Source of the DNA: Kluyvera sp. 142486
GTDB taxonomy: Bacteria > Pseudomonadota > Gammaproteobacteria > Enterobacterales > Enterobacteriaceae
Assembly (NCBI RefSeq): GCF_046569695.1
Contig: NZ_JBKHUI010000003.1
Span: 160,662-184,661 of the forward strand
Length of the DNA: 24,000 nt
Direction: 5' to 3'
Shown: piece by piece, positions 23,769 to 24,000 of the stretch
How positions within the stretch are numbered: the first letter of the stretch is position 1
How the letters are laid out: every line of letters starts with the position of its first letter
Program-made: the position numbers and the translations under genes
The notes under the pieces: generated by a model
What the model saw: only the letters and a program-made list of their open reading frames with translations
Database searches by the model: none
Told to the model about the DNA's origin: nothing

Positions 23769-24000
23769 ATGCTCAAGCACGTTCAGGATATGGCGCTTTT
23801 TGCGCTTCTCGTAGAAAACGGTTCGTTTACCAAAACCGCCGCTGAACTGGGTATGACAAAGTCGCGTATCAGCCAGCGAATTAGTGCTCTTGAGGAGTAT
23901 CTCAACGTCAGATTACTGAATCGCACGACGCGAAAAATATCGCTGACCGCCGACGGTGAGCGCTACCTGGCCTACTGCCATGAAGTGGTGGATGCCAGCG
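23769..24000 (+). CDS. LysR-type transcriptional regulator, N-terminal 77 codons (continues beyond the right window edge)
   Basis: Missing from the ORF track because it is open at the window end. My translation is MLKHVQDMALFALLVENGSFTKTAAELGMTKSRISQRISALEEYLNVRLLNRTTRKISLTADGERYLAYCHEVVDAS, a textbook LTTR wHTH. Confidence 0.85.
   Translation, partial: MLKHVQDMALFALLVENGSFTKTAAELGMTKSRISQRISALEEYLNVRLLNRTTRKISLTADGERYLAYCHEVVDAS

Noticed and set aside
1-24000. Search for defence systems, toxin-antitoxin pairs, prophage or integrative elements, tRNA/rRNA genes and CRISPR arrays
   Set aside because: Every ORF of at least 100 aa that is not a shadow ORF is accounted for by a housekeeping or small accessory function. 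I saw no nuclease, ATPase, reverse-transcriptase, integrase or transposase-like protein, no tRNA-like cloverleaf sequence, and no regularly spaced direct repeats.

Overview
About 24 kb of chromosomal DNA from an Enterobacteriaceae member. Klebsiella or Enterobacter is my guess, based on REP-type palindromes, GC-rich coding sequence and a Klebsiella-type phenolic acid decarboxylase. I support 22 protein-coding genes. Two run off the window edges and so are missing from the ORF track: arnA on the left and a LysR-type regulator on the right. The backbone is the conserved yhiN-pitA-uspB-uspA-rsmJ-prlC-rlmJ-gor neighbourhood that I recall from E. coli K-12. Small accessory modules interrupt it. At the left are arnBCA (polymyxin resistance / L-Ara4N lipid A modification) and a padC + LysR pair. 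An Rrf2 regulator + NDH-2-like flavoprotein pair sits between uspA and rsmJ. A LysE exporter + LysR + long PAP2 phosphatase trio sits between prlC and rlmJ. A MipA-like OMP + LysR + YncE-like beta-propeller + LysR cluster follows gor. I see no tRNA, rRNA, CRISPR array, transposase, integrase, phage gene or recognisable defence system. Non-coding features I can support are intrinsic terminators, REP/BIME-like palindromes, an inverted pair of GC-rich repeats, candidate PmrA and PhoP boxes upstream of arnB, a strong sigma32-like promoter for prlC, a Fur-box-like palindrome upstream of the yncE homologue, and several operator-like palindromes in divergent LysR/Rrf2 promoter regions. I cannot point to a clearly novel system. 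The best candidates for follow-up are the Rrf2/flavoprotein module with atypical cysteine spacing, the long-form PAP2 phosphatase insertion, and the MipA/LysR/YncE-like cluster. All protein identifications come from motif reading and my recollection of E. coli orthologues, not from database searches.
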